From Bacteroidota bacterium (GTDB lineage Bacteria > Bacteroidota > Bacteroidia > Cytophagales > MED-G16), in assembly GCA_036166035.1 (NCBI GenBank), contig JAYZHZ010000118.1, positions 1 to 32,524 on the forward strand: a stretch of DNA of 32,524 nt, written 5' to 3'. How positions within the stretch are numbered: the first letter of the stretch is position 1; the number at the start of each line of letters is the position of its first letter. The notes below the pieces were generated by a model. The model saw nothing but the letters and a program-made list of their open reading frames with translations, made no database searches and was not told where the DNA came from. Shown here piece after piece: positions 1 to 10,725 of this stretch. The position numbers and the translations under genes are program-made.

Positions 1-1350
1 TTTTATTTTATTATAAATTTTAAATATTCTAATTGATTTTTCACCATACACATTATATAGCATTTTAAAATCTTCTGATGAGATACCTAAATCTTTTACT
101 TTATTTAAACATTCATTATAATTAAAATCAAATAATTTTAGATTTTTAGTTTTAGAATTAGGAGAAGAAAATTTGAATTTTTTTACCAGTACATTAATAA
201 CTCTTTCAGCCATTTTTCTATAACCAGTTAGTTTTCCACCTGCAATTGTAATCATGCCATTTTTTGCAATAAAAATTTCATCTTTCCTGGATATTTCAGA
301 TACATTTTTTCTATTCTGTCTTATTAAAGGTCTTAAACCAACCCAAGATGATATAACATCATTTAATTCAAGTTCCACTGAAAAGGCATTATTCACTGAG
401 TCAATCAAATATTTCACCTCTTTTTTTAAAACACATAATTTATCCTTTTCCTTATCAAATACAGTGTCGGTAGTACCTATATAAACAGTCTTTTCTCTCG
501 GTATAGAAAAAATCATTCTACCATCCAAAGCATCAAAATATACTGATTGATTAATAGGAAATTTTTCAATTGGCAAAACAATATGTATTCCTTTTGAGAG
601 AATCAATTTTTTATTTTTACCTTTTATAATATCATCCGTCCATGAACCAGAAGCATTAATTACAGTTTTTGATTTTATTATTAAATTTTTATTTTCAATT
701 TGATCATTACAATTTACACCTGCAATCCTACCATTATCATAGATAAAACTTTTTGCTTTAATATAGTTTATTGGAAGTGCACCAAGATTATATGCTTTCA
801 TTAAAATTTCGATAGTTAATCTGCTATCATCTGTTCTATATTCGGAGTACAATGCCCCGCCTTTAATTTTCTTTTCATTCAAAAGAGGTTCCATAATTAA
901 AGTTTTCTTTTTTGATAACATTTTTTTCTTATCATTATTTTTAACACCTGCTAAATAATCATATAGAAAAAGAGCTAAATAGGTAAAAAATTTATTTAGC
1001 TTTCCATTAATGAAGATCGGGAGTAACATTTTTTCAGATTTAACAAGATGCGGTGCAATACGGTGAAGGACTTCCCTCTCTCTTCCAGTTTCATTAACAA
1101 GTTTTAATTTTAACTGTTCAAGATATCTTAATCCTCCGTGAATAAGTTTAGTTGATTTACTGCTAGTTCCAGAAGCAAAATCATTCATCTCAATAAGACA
1201 AACATTAAGTCCTCTTGAAACAGCATCCAAACATATTCCGGCTCCTGTTATTCCACCACCAATTACTACAATATCAAAATAATTAGAAGAAATTTTATCT
1301 ATTAACTTTCGTCTATTTTTAGATGAAAAAAAATTTATTTTTCTAGCCAA
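1..1350 (-). CDS. glpD: FAD-dependent glycerol-3-phosphate dehydrogenase/oxidase (3' end outside window)
   Basis: Not in the ORF track; I translated the 5' part by hand. TTG at 1350-1348 gives MARKINFFSSKNRRKLIDKISSNYFDIVVIGGGITGAGICLDAVSRGLNVCLIEMNDFASGTSSKSTKLIHGGLRYLEQ, with the GxGxxG FAD motif and the GlpD signature GTSSxSTKLIHGGLRYL. An in-frame TAA lies just upstream (1374-1372), so TTG is the likely start. It overlaps the glpK end by 16 nt. Confidence 0.93.
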   Translation of the reverse strand, partial: MARKINFFSSKNRRKLIDKISSNYFDIVVIGGGITGAGICLDAVSRGLNVCLIEMNDFASGTSSKSTKLIHGGLRYLEQLKLKLVNETGREREVLHRIAPHLVKSEKMLLPIFINGKLNKFFTYLALFLYDYLAGVKNNDKKKMLSKKKTLIMEPLLNEKKIKGGALYSEYRTDDSRLTIEILMKAYNLGALPINYIKAKSFIYDNGRIAGVNCNDQIENKNLIIKSKTVINASGSWTDDIIKGKNKKLILSKGIHIVLPIEKFPINQSVYFDALDGRMIFSIPREKTVYIGTTDTVFDKEKDKLCVLKKEVKYLIDSVNNAFSVELELNDVISSWVGLRPLIRQNRKNVSEISRKDEIFIAKNGMITIAGGKLTGYRKMAERVINVLVKKFKFSSPNSKTKNLKLFDFNYNECLNKVKDLGISSEDFKMLYNVYGEKSIRIFKIYNKIK

Positions 1351-2816
1351 TTCAGAGTTCTTTTTACAGCTTTATTCCAGCCATTATATATTTTTTTTCT
1401 TTTATTATCATCTATTCCTGAATTGAATACTTTATCTATTTTTTGATTTGAAATAATTTTTTCTTTGTCCCAAATAGAACTGGTGATCCCTGCTAAGTAA
1501 CCAGCACCCATTGCTGTTGTCTCAATTACCTGGGGTCTAACAACATCACAATTAAGAATATTACTTTGAAATTGCATCAGATAATTATTCATACAAGCTC
1601 CACCATCCACCTTAAGAGATTTGAGCTTAATTTGTGAATCTTTTTCCATAACATCAATTATATCTTTTGTCTGATAAGCTAATGATTCCAGAGCTGCTTT
1701 AACTATATGATTTTTACCCGTATCTCTAGTCAAACCAAAAATAGCACCTCTAGAATACATGTCCCAGTAAGGGGCACCCAGACCAGCAAAAGCAGGAACA
1801 ACATACACATTTTCTAAATCAGGTATTGATGTTGCTATTTTTTCTGTTTCTGAAGCACTATCGATTATTTTTAGAGAATCTCTTAGCCATTGAATCGCAG
1901 CACCCGCAATAAAGACACTACCTTCCAAAGCATAAGAAATTGAGTTGTCTGAAGAACATGCAATTGTTGTTATTAATCCATTTTTTGAAAATTTAATATT
2001 TTTTCCTGTATTCATTAATAAGAAACATCCTGTCCCATATGTGTTTTTTACCATACCATCATCAAAGCATGCCTGACCAAATAAAGCAGATTGTTGATCC
2101 CCAGCAACTCCATTAATAGGAATTCTAACTCCTTTATAATGGAAATTGCCAAAACTTGAAGAAGAAAATAAAACTTTTGGCAATATTGATCTTGGAATAT
2201 TTAGATAATCAAGTATTTTTTTATCCCAATCAAGATTTTTTATATTAAATATCATTGTCCTAGAAGCATTTGTATAGTCAGTAACATGACTTTTAAATGA
2301 AGAAAAGTTATATATTAACCATGAATCAATTGTACCAGCCATCACATTATTATTTTTAATTTTATTTTTTACTCCTTCAACATTTTCTATTATCCATTTA
2401 ATCTTTGTTGCCGAAAAATATGAGTCAACAACCAAGCCAGTATTTTTCTTTATATATTCCTCTAATCCATCTTCTTTTATTTTTTCACAAATATCTGAAG
2501 TCCTCTTATCTTGCCATACTATAGCATTATAAAGTGGTTTTCCAGTATCCTTTTCCCATAAAACAGTAGTCTCTCTTTGATTTGTAATACCTATACTTAT
2601 AATATTTTTTGGGTCTATATTATTTGATAATAATAACTTTTCAAAAACCTCATATTGTGAACTTAAAATTTCGGAAGGATCATGTTCTACCCATCCCTGT
2701 TTTGGAAAAATTTGAGTAAATTCTTTCTGCTTTATATCAACCAATTTACCATTTTTATCAATTAAAATCGCTCTAGAACTTGTTGTTCCCTGGTCAAGTG
2801 CTATTAAATATTTCAT
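1335..2816 (-). CDS. glpK: Glycerol kinase
   Basis: 493 aa with FGGY/GlpK motifs ALDQGTTSSRA, GWVEHDP, GITNQRETT, YNAIVWQD, YFSATKIKW, TDYTNASRT, GDQQSALFGQ, KNTYGTGCF, VPAFAGLGAPYW and DGGA; adjacent to glpD. Confidence 0.97.
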   Translation of the reverse strand: MKYLIALDQGTTSSRAILIDKNGKLVDIKQKEFTQIFPKQGWVEHDPSEILSSQYEVFEKLLLSNNIDPKNIISIGITNQRETTVLWEKDTGKPLYNAIVWQDKRTSDICEKIKEDGLEEYIKKNTGLVVDSYFSATKIKWIIENVEGVKNKIKNNNVMAGTIDSWLIYNFSSFKSHVTDYTNASRTMIFNIKNLDWDKKILDYLNIPRSILPKVLFSSSSFGNFHYKGVRIPINGVAGDQQSALFGQACFDDGMVKNTYGTGCFLLMNTGKNIKFSKNGLITTIACSSDNSISYALEGSVFIAGAAIQWLRDSLKIIDSASETEKIATSIPDLENVYVVPAFAGLGAPYWDMYSRGAIFGLTRDTGKNHIVKAALESLAYQTKDIIDVMEKDSQIKLKSLKVDGGACMNNYLMQFQSNILNCDVVRPQVIETTAMGAGYLAGITSSIWDKEKIISNQKIDKVFNSGIDDNKRKKIYNGWNKAVKRTLNWLEK

Positions 2817-2820
2817 ATTA

Positions 2821-4173
2821 CTATTTTTTAGAAATTATATTTTGAGTTAAATCAAGATTTTCTATAACAAAATTTCCAACTTTATCTCCTTGATCAACTC
2901 CATATGTTATGGCCGGCATATAATGAATTCCACCCCATATTCTACTTATTGCTGCCTCATCAGAAGCTTGAATAAATGAATCAAATTTTCTTGCTTTGAG
3001 ACCATAAATTTCTTCAGTAGTATCTAAAAATTCAAAGTTATTTCCTAACAAAAAAGTAAGAATATTAGCTGCTGATCTTGAAATTACAGAGTGTCCTGAT
3101 GTGTATTCAGGAAAAGGTGGAGTCTGAAGCAAAGGGATCCAGTCTTCATCAATGTATTGATTAATTAACGTCTCAGGTCTTACAAGTATGCTTCTCCATT
3201 TTTCATCCCAACATACAATAAAGGCATCAAATAAACCTATTGATACCATAGAATAAGTATGGATTGTTTCCATCAAATTTAACTCTGCTTTTTTTGAAGC
3301 AATCTTTGTTATTCCTATCCAATGACCACCAGGAGTTATTTTTTTTGTTGCAAACATTGCATGCCCTCTATGATGAGAAACATATGGATTACAGTCCCAG
3401 AAACTTGCAACATCTTTTTGTTCTTCAGTTAAATTATTACCAATCTCATATACTTCAATAAGATCTTTATAGAATTTTGAAGTTTTGTCAAGACTAAATT
3501 TAGGTGGTGGAGTAATTATAAATTGATTTGAAGAATCTATTACTAATGTTCTTATTTTATTCCAGTGAGGTTCGATTCCTTCCATATAATCTGGAGGGGT
3601 TGGTTTCCAAGATTCTTCGTCATCCCTTTGAATTGTATATTTTGGAAACGATCTTGTCTGCTTATAATTGTCTTCATTATACCATTTTTTAATGTGATTG
3701 GCAACCTCATCACCATAAGCTATTGAACGATCATATATATCTTTAGGAATACCTTTTTCTTTTAATTTTTTAAAAATATCTTTTTGAAACTCATTGATTT
3801 TATTTTCAGAAAAAATCAAATCTTTTCCAATAGTAATAAATGCATGCAAACTAGCAACTGGAAATGAATACTCCTTATTCAAATCAGGTTTTGGAACAGC
3901 ATTTAATCCATTAAGCTGGCCAGCAAAACTTTTATATTTTGGATAATCATTAATTAAAACTTCATAAGCAGCAATAGTTGGATAAACATAAATTCTTGAT
4001 GCTACTGGTGGCGAAAAAATATCATATACAATAACATCTGTTAATTTTTGCATTGATTCATGAAAAAGATTAGGATCTTCGTATGCATTTAAATTATTCT
4101 TATATTCTTCATATGAAGAACATGAAGAAAAAAAGAAAAAAATTAATAAAAACTGAAAGATTTTAATGTTCAT
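2821..4173 (-). CDS. Vanadium-dependent haloperoxidase (PAP2 superfamily), lipoprotein; flavobacterial iodoperoxidase-like
   Basis: Complete vanadate/phosphate-binding motif set: CWDEKWRSILVRP (K..RP), TPPFPEYTSGHS (SGH) and SRIWGGIHY (R..H). The FWDCNPY..FATKKITPGGHW segment is typical of Bacteroidota VHPOs and, from memory, resembles Zobellia galactanivorans VIPO1. Lipobox FFSSC. ATG at 4173 is preferred over the track's TTG at 4176. Confidence 0.88.
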   Translation of the reverse strand: MNIKIFQFLLIFFFFSSCSSYEEYKNNLNAYEDPNLFHESMQKLTDVIVYDIFSPPVASRIYVYPTIAAYEVLINDYPKYKSFAGQLNGLNAVPKPDLNKEYSFPVASLHAFITIGKDLIFSENKINEFQKDIFKKLKEKGIPKDIYDRSIAYGDEVANHIKKWYNEDNYKQTRSFPKYTIQRDDEESWKPTPPDYMEGIEPHWNKIRTLVIDSSNQFIITPPPKFSLDKTSKFYKDLIEVYEIGNNLTEEQKDVASFWDCNPYVSHHRGHAMFATKKITPGGHWIGITKIASKKAELNLMETIHTYSMVSIGLFDAFIVCWDEKWRSILVRPETLINQYIDEDWIPLLQTPPFPEYTSGHSVISRSAANILTFLLGNNFEFLDTTEEIYGLKARKFDSFIQASDEAAISRIWGGIHYMPAITYGVDQGDKVGNFVIENLDLTQNIISKK

Positions 4174-7100
4174 CAACCAAACTTATTATGGAAAGTCTAT
4201 CGTCATTTTTTCCAAGAACAAATTTAGATTTATTTTTATCCAAAGGCAAAACTTTAGTAATATCACCCCTTATTTTTAATCCTGATTTTGCCTGATTTAT
4301 ATAATTAAAAGTGGCATTACCATTACCATTTAATAAAATCCCGTAGCTGGAATCGAATGATCCAAAATAAGTTGAAACACTTGAAAGATTTCCAAATAAT
4401 AATATATCCAAAATATTATCATTATTATAGTCTAATACTTGAATATCTCTAACCGGCGAAATCTGACTAATTAATGGTAACTCTTTTACTGAGAATGATT
4501 CTCCATCATTTATAAATAATATAGAGCTAAATTCATTGGTAAATAAAACTTTATTTTTTGATAATATTTCCTCTGAAAAAATTTCATTAATATCTAGGCC
4601 TGCAAAATCTCTGTAATAAAAGAAATCTCGATTTAAATAATTTAATTGTTTGGTTAACTCATCTTTATTTGAAACTGGAAACTCTTTGGAACCCTTTTTG
4701 TAAGTTATAATATGTTCAATATTCGAATTATTATCAAAATCACCAACATACATTTTTATAGGATTTTCATTCGTTGGTTTAAGTTTTGAATTATTACCAA
4801 TGTTTCCTGCAATAATATCCATTAACCCATCATTATTAAAATCTGCTGTTTCTATTGAGAACCACCAACCAAATTTTTTATTGCCTATAAAATCAGTATC
4901 CTCACGTAATTTACCATTCTCATTAATTAAAATTTTTATATTATTCCAATCTCCACATGTAATCAAATCTTTAATTCCATCCCCATTCATATCTTCCCAC
5001 TTTGCATCGGTAATCATCCCGAAATTCTTCAGAATGTTATTATTATCGATTTTGAAGGAACCATCACCATTGTTAGTTAAAAGATAACTTACTGGAGAAT
5101 AACCATATTCACCCGGAACTACTCTTCCTCCCACAAATAAATCTTGATCACCATCCTGATCATAATCATAATTTATTACAACCGAACCATGTTGATAAAT
5201 TTCAGGTAACCCTTTTCTATTTATAAATTTTCCTTTCTCATTAATGTATAATCTATCTTGAATGCTTTTGACATTTAGAGGATATTCATTCCCTGCACTG
5301 ACAACATAGAGATCTTTATCACCATCATTGTCAGCATCAAAAAACAATGCATCAACATCTTCAGATAAATAATCATTCTCTATTTCATTTTGAGGAAGGT
5401 ACTTATAATTTCCAGAATTCTCACCCAAAAATAATTTTGATTTTTGAAAAGACGGAGAACCAATATAAACATCTAAAATATTATCATCATTTATATCTGA
5501 TACAGCTATTGCGGGTCCTTCTCTTGATAGCATAAATGGAATTAGTCCTTCCCTGTTGAAATCATTAAATGAGTTTTCTTTATGAGAATAATTTATCTTA
5601 ATCATATCAGAGATATCAGAAAAAATCGGATTTGAAATATTTTTTTTCTGAAATACTTTATCTGATGCTTTCTCATACAAATCAATCTTTTGATTAGCCT
5701 TTATTGAATATATCTTTTGTGTTTTTAGAGAAGGCCAAATAACCTGCAATGAATCTATTTCTTCTGTAGTACCAATCCCAAAATTTAGACCAGAAGATTT
5801 AGTAGACATAAAACCCCTATTTAAAAAATTTTCCTTATAAATAACATTATTATCAAACCAAATTATAACTTTTGCTCCAATCCCAAAATAATTATACTTT
5901 TCACCTTTAAATGAAATTTTTAAATGATTATTATTTAACATATCTTTTGTTTTGTTCTTATAGAGAATTGCTTGATCATTTATATTATTTAATATAAAAT
6001 CTTGATCTCCATCGTTGTCAAAATCATCGTATGTTGCTCCATTAGAATACCCATTAAAATCTAAGCCCCATTCCTTAGATACGTTCTTAAAATTTAAATT
6101 TGACAAATTTTTAAATGCATAATTTTTTACTTTACCATCGGGCATTTCTTTTAACAGATCTTGATTATCTAAATCAGGATTCTGGACAAGACCATAATTT
6201 AATTTTTCGTTGGATATAAAGTTGATATAATCCATATCATTCGGTCTTTTTACAATGCCATTTGTTATATATATATCCTTATAACTATCTAAATCAAAGT
6301 CTTCAACCAAAGTCGACCAACTCCAATCTGTAGCATGAATATCCATGAGTTGTGATATTTCTGAGAAAGAATTATTTCCATTATTTAATTGAAAAGTATT
6401 TCTAGTAAACTGTTTATTAAAACCAAATTCAAGTTTCAGTTTATAAATTTCATACGAATCTTCTCCTGCTGAACTCTTCAAAACTTTCTCATCCTCTGGG
6501 AGCATATCCAAAACTAAAATATCAGGATATAAATCATTATTAATATCTGAAATATCATTACCCATTGAAAATCTTGAAGTATGATTTATATAATTTTCTA
6601 AACTTTCTTTAAAGGTTCCGTTACAATTGTTAATATATAAATAATCATTTTCTCTAAAATCATTTGATACATAAATATCATCGCAGCCATCCCTATTTAT
6701 ATCACTAATCGAAATACCCAAACCATAGCCTATGTTGCTGCCCAAAATACCAGCCTCTTCAGATACATCAACAAAAAATTGTTTTCCTTCACTCATTTCA
6801 TTTCTAAAAAGTTTATCACCAGACTTCTCATTTCTTGAAAATCTCAATTTATAATTTCCGTAACTTCTTTCAGTATGCACTGAATGATTTAAAAGATAGA
6901 TATCTAAGTCACCATCACCATCATAATCAAAAAAGGCAGAATGAGTGGAAAAACCTTCAAAATCAAGACCATATTCTTCAGCTCTTTCGGTAAAAGTAAG
7001 ATCACCATTGTTAATAAATAATTGGTTTTTTCCTGAAATATTTTTATAACCGCCAAGTCTAGTTTGGTATATATCTATAAAACCATCTCCATTTATATCA

Positions 7101-7435
7101 ACCATATTAACTCCAGTTTTCCATTCTTCTTCTGAATTTAATCCTGCTTTTTCAGTAATATCAGTAAAATTGAGATCTCCCTTATTTAAATATAACTTAT
7201 TGGCCCCTTGATTAGATGAAAAATATATATCAATAAGACCATCATTATTTATATCACCTGTTGTGACTCCACCACCATTATAGAAGTATAGGTACTCTAT
7301 TAAATTAAACTTTTCATTTTCAACTAAATCATTTCTAAATCTAATATTTGAAGTGTTTTCAGAAACTTTTTCAAACAAAGTATTTTCTTCTTTACACGAA
7401 AAAATTAAAAGAATTATTAAAAATCTATTTATCAT
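4163..7435 (-). CDS. FG-GAP/VCBS-repeat + ASPIC/UnbV-domain lipoprotein (CRTAC1-like), paralog 1
   Basis: Many DxN/DxDGxxD Ca-binding blades (GDINNDGLIDIYF, DYDGDGDLDIY). Family motifs YFYNGGG, SMGND, DMLP and TDWSW; central UnbV-type segment GIGAKVII..RGFMS..LNFGIG..SLQVIWP. Lipobox IFSC followed by KEE. ATG at 7435 overlaps the upstream stop (TGATG). Confidence 0.88.
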   Translation of the reverse strand: MINRFLIILLIFSCKEENTLFEKVSENTSNIRFRNDLVENEKFNLIEYLYFYNGGGVTTGDINNDGLIDIYFSSNQGANKLYLNKGDLNFTDITEKAGLNSEEEWKTGVNMVDINGDGFIDIYQTRLGGYKNISGKNQLFINNGDLTFTERAEEYGLDFEGFSTHSAFFDYDGDGDLDIYLLNHSVHTERSYGNYKLRFSRNEKSGDKLFRNEMSEGKQFFVDVSEEAGILGSNIGYGLGISISDINRDGCDDIYVSNDFRENDYLYINNCNGTFKESLENYINHTSRFSMGNDISDINNDLYPDILVLDMLPEDEKVLKSSAGEDSYEIYKLKLEFGFNKQFTRNTFQLNNGNNSFSEISQLMDIHATDWSWSTLVEDFDLDSYKDIYITNGIVKRPNDMDYINFISNEKLNYGLVQNPDLDNQDLLKEMPDGKVKNYAFKNLSNLNFKNVSKEWGLDFNGYSNGATYDDFDNDGDQDFILNNINDQAILYKNKTKDMLNNNHLKISFKGEKYNYFGIGAKVIIWFDNNVIYKENFLNRGFMSTKSSGLNFGIGTTEEIDSLQVIWPSLKTQKIYSIKANQKIDLYEKASDKVFQKKNISNPIFSDISDMIKINYSHKENSFNDFNREGLIPFMLSREGPAIAVSDINDDNILDVYIGSPSFQKSKLFLGENSGNYKYLPQNEIENDYLSEDVDALFFDADNDGDKDLYVVSAGNEYPLNVKSIQDRLYINEKGKFINRKGLPEIYQHGSVVINYDYDQDGDQDLFVGGRVVPGEYGYSPVSYLLTNNGDGSFKIDNNNILKNFGMITDAKWEDMNGDGIKDLITCGDWNNIKILINENGKLREDTDFIGNKKFGWWFSIETADFNNDGLMDIIAGNIGNNSKLKPTNENPIKMYVGDFDNNSNIEHIITYKKGSKEFPVSNKDELTKQLNYLNRDFFYYRDFAGLDINEIFSEEILSKNKVLFTNEFSSILFINDGESFSVKELPLISQISPVRDIQVLDYNNDNILDILLFGNLSSVSTYFGSFDSSYGILLNGNGNATFNYINQAKSGLKIRGDITKVLPLDKNKSKFVLGKNDDRLSIISLVDEH

Positions 7436-10400
7436 CAATTGTAGATGTATGATTGTAAAGTATCATTATTGTTAAGAACAAATAATAAATTTGAATTTAA
7501 TTTATTTCTGACATTTATTATATCTCTTACTTGTCCTTTAAATAATATTCCAGACTGAGAATTTGGAACTTTTTCAAAATTTTTGTTCTTGTTTCCGAGT
7601 AATATCAAACCATAGTTAGCATCATATCTTCCAACTTCAGGTTTTACATCATACAAATTCCCTCCCATAATAATATCCTTAAAACCATCTCCATTGTAGT
7701 CATCAACATGAATTGCATGAACAGTTGAAAATTGTGTTTCAATTGGTGTATTTATTTTATTAAATTTTGCAGAATCATTAATCAATATTAGTGTGTTCAA
7801 TTCATAAATATTATTCCTTACGCTTGAATTTATTTTTTTATTAGAAAAAATATCATTAACTGTCTGATTTTTATAGCTATTGTATTTCAGATATTTCTTT
7901 TTAAGAGTTGGCATCTGCATAACCAAATCATGTCTTAGTGCCATAGTATATGCACTATCCCCATTATATTGAAATATTATTTGTTCAATACTATTATTAT
8001 CATCAAAATCATTTATATACATTGATATTGGTTTACTTTCACTCGCACTAAATCTAGAATTAATTCCATGGTTACCAATAATAAGATCATCGTATCCATC
8101 AAGATTTAAATCCTCAACATGTAAAGCATTCCACCAGCCATTTGTTTTATCAAAAGATTCAACATCTTTGATTTTATATGAACCATCTATATTCTCAAAA
8201 AGTGTAATTGGCATCCAATGTCCAACCAATATAATATCAATATCTCCATCCATATCATAATCCGTCCACTCTGCATCAGTTATCATTCCAATTTTATTTA
8301 GTTCAGGAGCTATCAAATTACTTACATTAGTAAAATTACCCTTACCATCATTATTTAATATGTAACCATTTGAAGGCATCCCATATTTCTGTGGCACTAA
8401 TCTTGTTCCCACAAAAAGATCCTGATCTCCATCATTGTCATAATCATAATTTTTTACGACCGAAGAGCTTTCAAACAAACCCGCTGGAAGGATTTGATTA
8501 GATTTTATTAATTTCAAATTATAATTTAAATATAGTCTATCTCTTAACTCGGGTGAATAAACTGAAAACTCATTACCACCACTAGTAACATAAATATCTA
8601 AATAACCATCATTATTAGAATCGAAAAAAACACAGTCTGTATCCTCTGATTCTCTATCTTTTTCAAGAACATTACTATAATAAAGATCAAATGAATTTTT
8701 CTTTTGAATATATATTGAAGCAGGAAAACCCTTTGAACCACCAATATAAATATCTTCTAACCCATCATTATTTAGGTCCCCAGAGCATAGACAAGATCCT
8801 TCAGATGAGCTCATATGGAAAAGCAATCTATCCCTATCAAAATCAACAAAATTATTTTCCTTATGAACAAAATCAATCAATCTTTCTTCTGATTCTTCTA
8901 AAAGATTAGTTACATAATTTTTATTATAGCTATCTAAAATTATTCCATCAGATTTATGTATAACTACTTTTTGATTTGGAGTTATATCATATTTTTTTGA
9001 GTAAGATCCATCATCCCATATAACTATAAGAGAATCAATACTATTACTTTCTCCAATTCCAACTATTAAATTATTATCTACTGTAGATTGGAATCCTCTA
9101 ATAGGCATTTGTTCTAACATATAAGTATTTCCCATTGAATAGATATATACTTTACTTCCTATACCATTAACATTATCCTTAGTCCCAACTAACTCTACTT
9201 TAATATAATTATTATTTGGAAATAAAATATCAGTATTATTTCTATAAACAAATGTTTTCATATTTACATTATTGACTACTAGATCATAGTCACCATCATT
9301 ATCAAGATCTCCATATGCAGAACCATTTGAAAAGCTTGGTATATCTAGACCTAATGACTTAGTTGCATCTTCAAATTCTAATCCACCATTATTTATGAAC
9401 GCATAATTTGAAATTGGAACACTGGGAATAAGTTCAATCAATTTTTTAAAATCAACATTACCTGGAGATGCAATTTGATCAATAACTTCATCTTGTGTAA
9501 CATATTGAAGAAAATCTTGATCCGTTAGGTCTTGATATATACCATTTGCAACGAAAATATCTTTTTTTCCATCATTTTGAAAATCAAACATTAAAGCACC
9601 CCAACTCCAATCTGTAGCTTCAACTCCTGCTAATCTTCCAATTTCACTAAAAGTTCCATTTCCATTATTTAATTGAAGAGTATTTCTGGTAAACTGATTC
9701 CAATAACCACTGGACTTTATAAATTGATGTCTATCCCAATTATCAAATGTGGTTACAGTCTTAATTCTATCATCTGTTTCCGGTAACATATCTGTTACAA
9801 AAATTTCAGATAACCCATCATTATTTAGGTCCGCCATATCTGCACCCATAGAAGCCGCACTAATACTTTTAATTTGATTTTCAAGTTCTTCTGAGAATGT
9901 ACCATCCTTATTATTAATGTATAAGTAATCCCTTTCAAAAAAATCATTTGAGACATATATATCCATCCATCCATCATTATTTGCATCACCAACTGTTACA
10001 CCCAAACCAAAACCAATAACACTACCATAAATACCGGCACTACTACTGACATCAATAAATTTCCCATTATCATTTCTAAAAAGTTTATCTCCACCTACAT
10101 TGTCTCTAACAGGTCTTTGGTCTTTTCCAATGTTTGTAATCCTAAAACCACCTTTATAAGAATTATTTAATAGATAACAATCTAAGTCTCCATCTTTATC
10201 ATAATCGAAAAAAGCAGCATGAGTAGAATACCCTCTATCATCCAGACCATATTCAGACGCACTTTCAGTAAAAGTTAAATCACCATTATTTATAAATAAC
10301 TCGTTCTGTTTATTATCCCCTTTAATATCTCCTGAGTTTGAAACATAAATATCTAAAAAACCATCAGCATTAATATCCACAATACTCACTCCTGTGCTCC

Positions 10401-10725
10401 AAGATTTAGTGCCACCCACATTTGCCTTCTGTGTAATATCTTCAAACACAAAATTTCCTTTATTAAGGTATAATTTATTCTCACTAAGATTAGAAGTAAA
10501 ATATATATCAATTAAATTATCATTATTTATATCTCCTAATCCTACTCCTCCCCCATTATAATAATTTCTGTATGTGAAAATGTTAAACTCTGGTTTATAT
10601 AAAAGTTTGTTCTCAAAAAAAATTTTTGTTTTATAGCTTGACAATTCCTCGAAAAGCAAATCTTCTTGAGATGAACAAGAACAAATAATCATTATTAATA
10701 CAAGATATATTAATTTTCTGTTCAT
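7435..10725 (-). CDS. FG-GAP/VCBS-repeat + ASPIC/UnbV-domain lipoprotein, paralog 2
   Basis: 1096 aa with the same architecture: YYNGGG, SMGAD, DMLP, QFTRNTLQLN, TDWSW, GIGSKV..PIRGFQST..DSLIVIW. Lipobox ICSC. Confidence 0.88.
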   Translation of the reverse strand: MNRKLIYLVLIMIICSCSSQEDLLFEELSSYKTKIFFENKLLYKPEFNIFTYRNYYNGGGVGLGDINNDNLIDIYFTSNLSENKLYLNKGNFVFEDITQKANVGGTKSWSTGVSIVDINADGFLDIYVSNSGDIKGDNKQNELFINNGDLTFTESASEYGLDDRGYSTHAAFFDYDKDGDLDCYLLNNSYKGGFRITNIGKDQRPVRDNVGGDKLFRNDNGKFIDVSSSAGIYGSVIGFGLGVTVGDANNDGWMDIYVSNDFFERDYLYINNKDGTFSEELENQIKSISAASMGADMADLNNDGLSEIFVTDMLPETDDRIKTVTTFDNWDRHQFIKSSGYWNQFTRNTLQLNNGNGTFSEIGRLAGVEATDWSWGALMFDFQNDGKKDIFVANGIYQDLTDQDFLQYVTQDEVIDQIASPGNVDFKKLIELIPSVPISNYAFINNGGLEFEDATKSLGLDIPSFSNGSAYGDLDNDGDYDLVVNNVNMKTFVYRNNTDILFPNNNYIKVELVGTKDNVNGIGSKVYIYSMGNTYMLEQMPIRGFQSTVDNNLIVGIGESNSIDSLIVIWDDGSYSKKYDITPNQKVVIHKSDGIILDSYNKNYVTNLLEESEERLIDFVHKENNFVDFDRDRLLFHMSSSEGSCLCSGDLNNDGLEDIYIGGSKGFPASIYIQKKNSFDLYYSNVLEKDRESEDTDCVFFDSNNDGYLDIYVTSGGNEFSVYSPELRDRLYLNYNLKLIKSNQILPAGLFESSSVVKNYDYDNDGDQDLFVGTRLVPQKYGMPSNGYILNNDGKGNFTNVSNLIAPELNKIGMITDAEWTDYDMDGDIDIILVGHWMPITLFENIDGSYKIKDVESFDKTNGWWNALHVEDLNLDGYDDLIIGNHGINSRFSASESKPISMYINDFDDNNSIEQIIFQYNGDSAYTMALRHDLVMQMPTLKKKYLKYNSYKNQTVNDIFSNKKINSSVRNNIYELNTLILINDSAKFNKINTPIETQFSTVHAIHVDDYNGDGFKDIIMGGNLYDVKPEVGRYDANYGLILLGNKNKNFEKVPNSQSGILFKGQVRDIINVRNKLNSNLLFVLNNNDTLQSYIYN

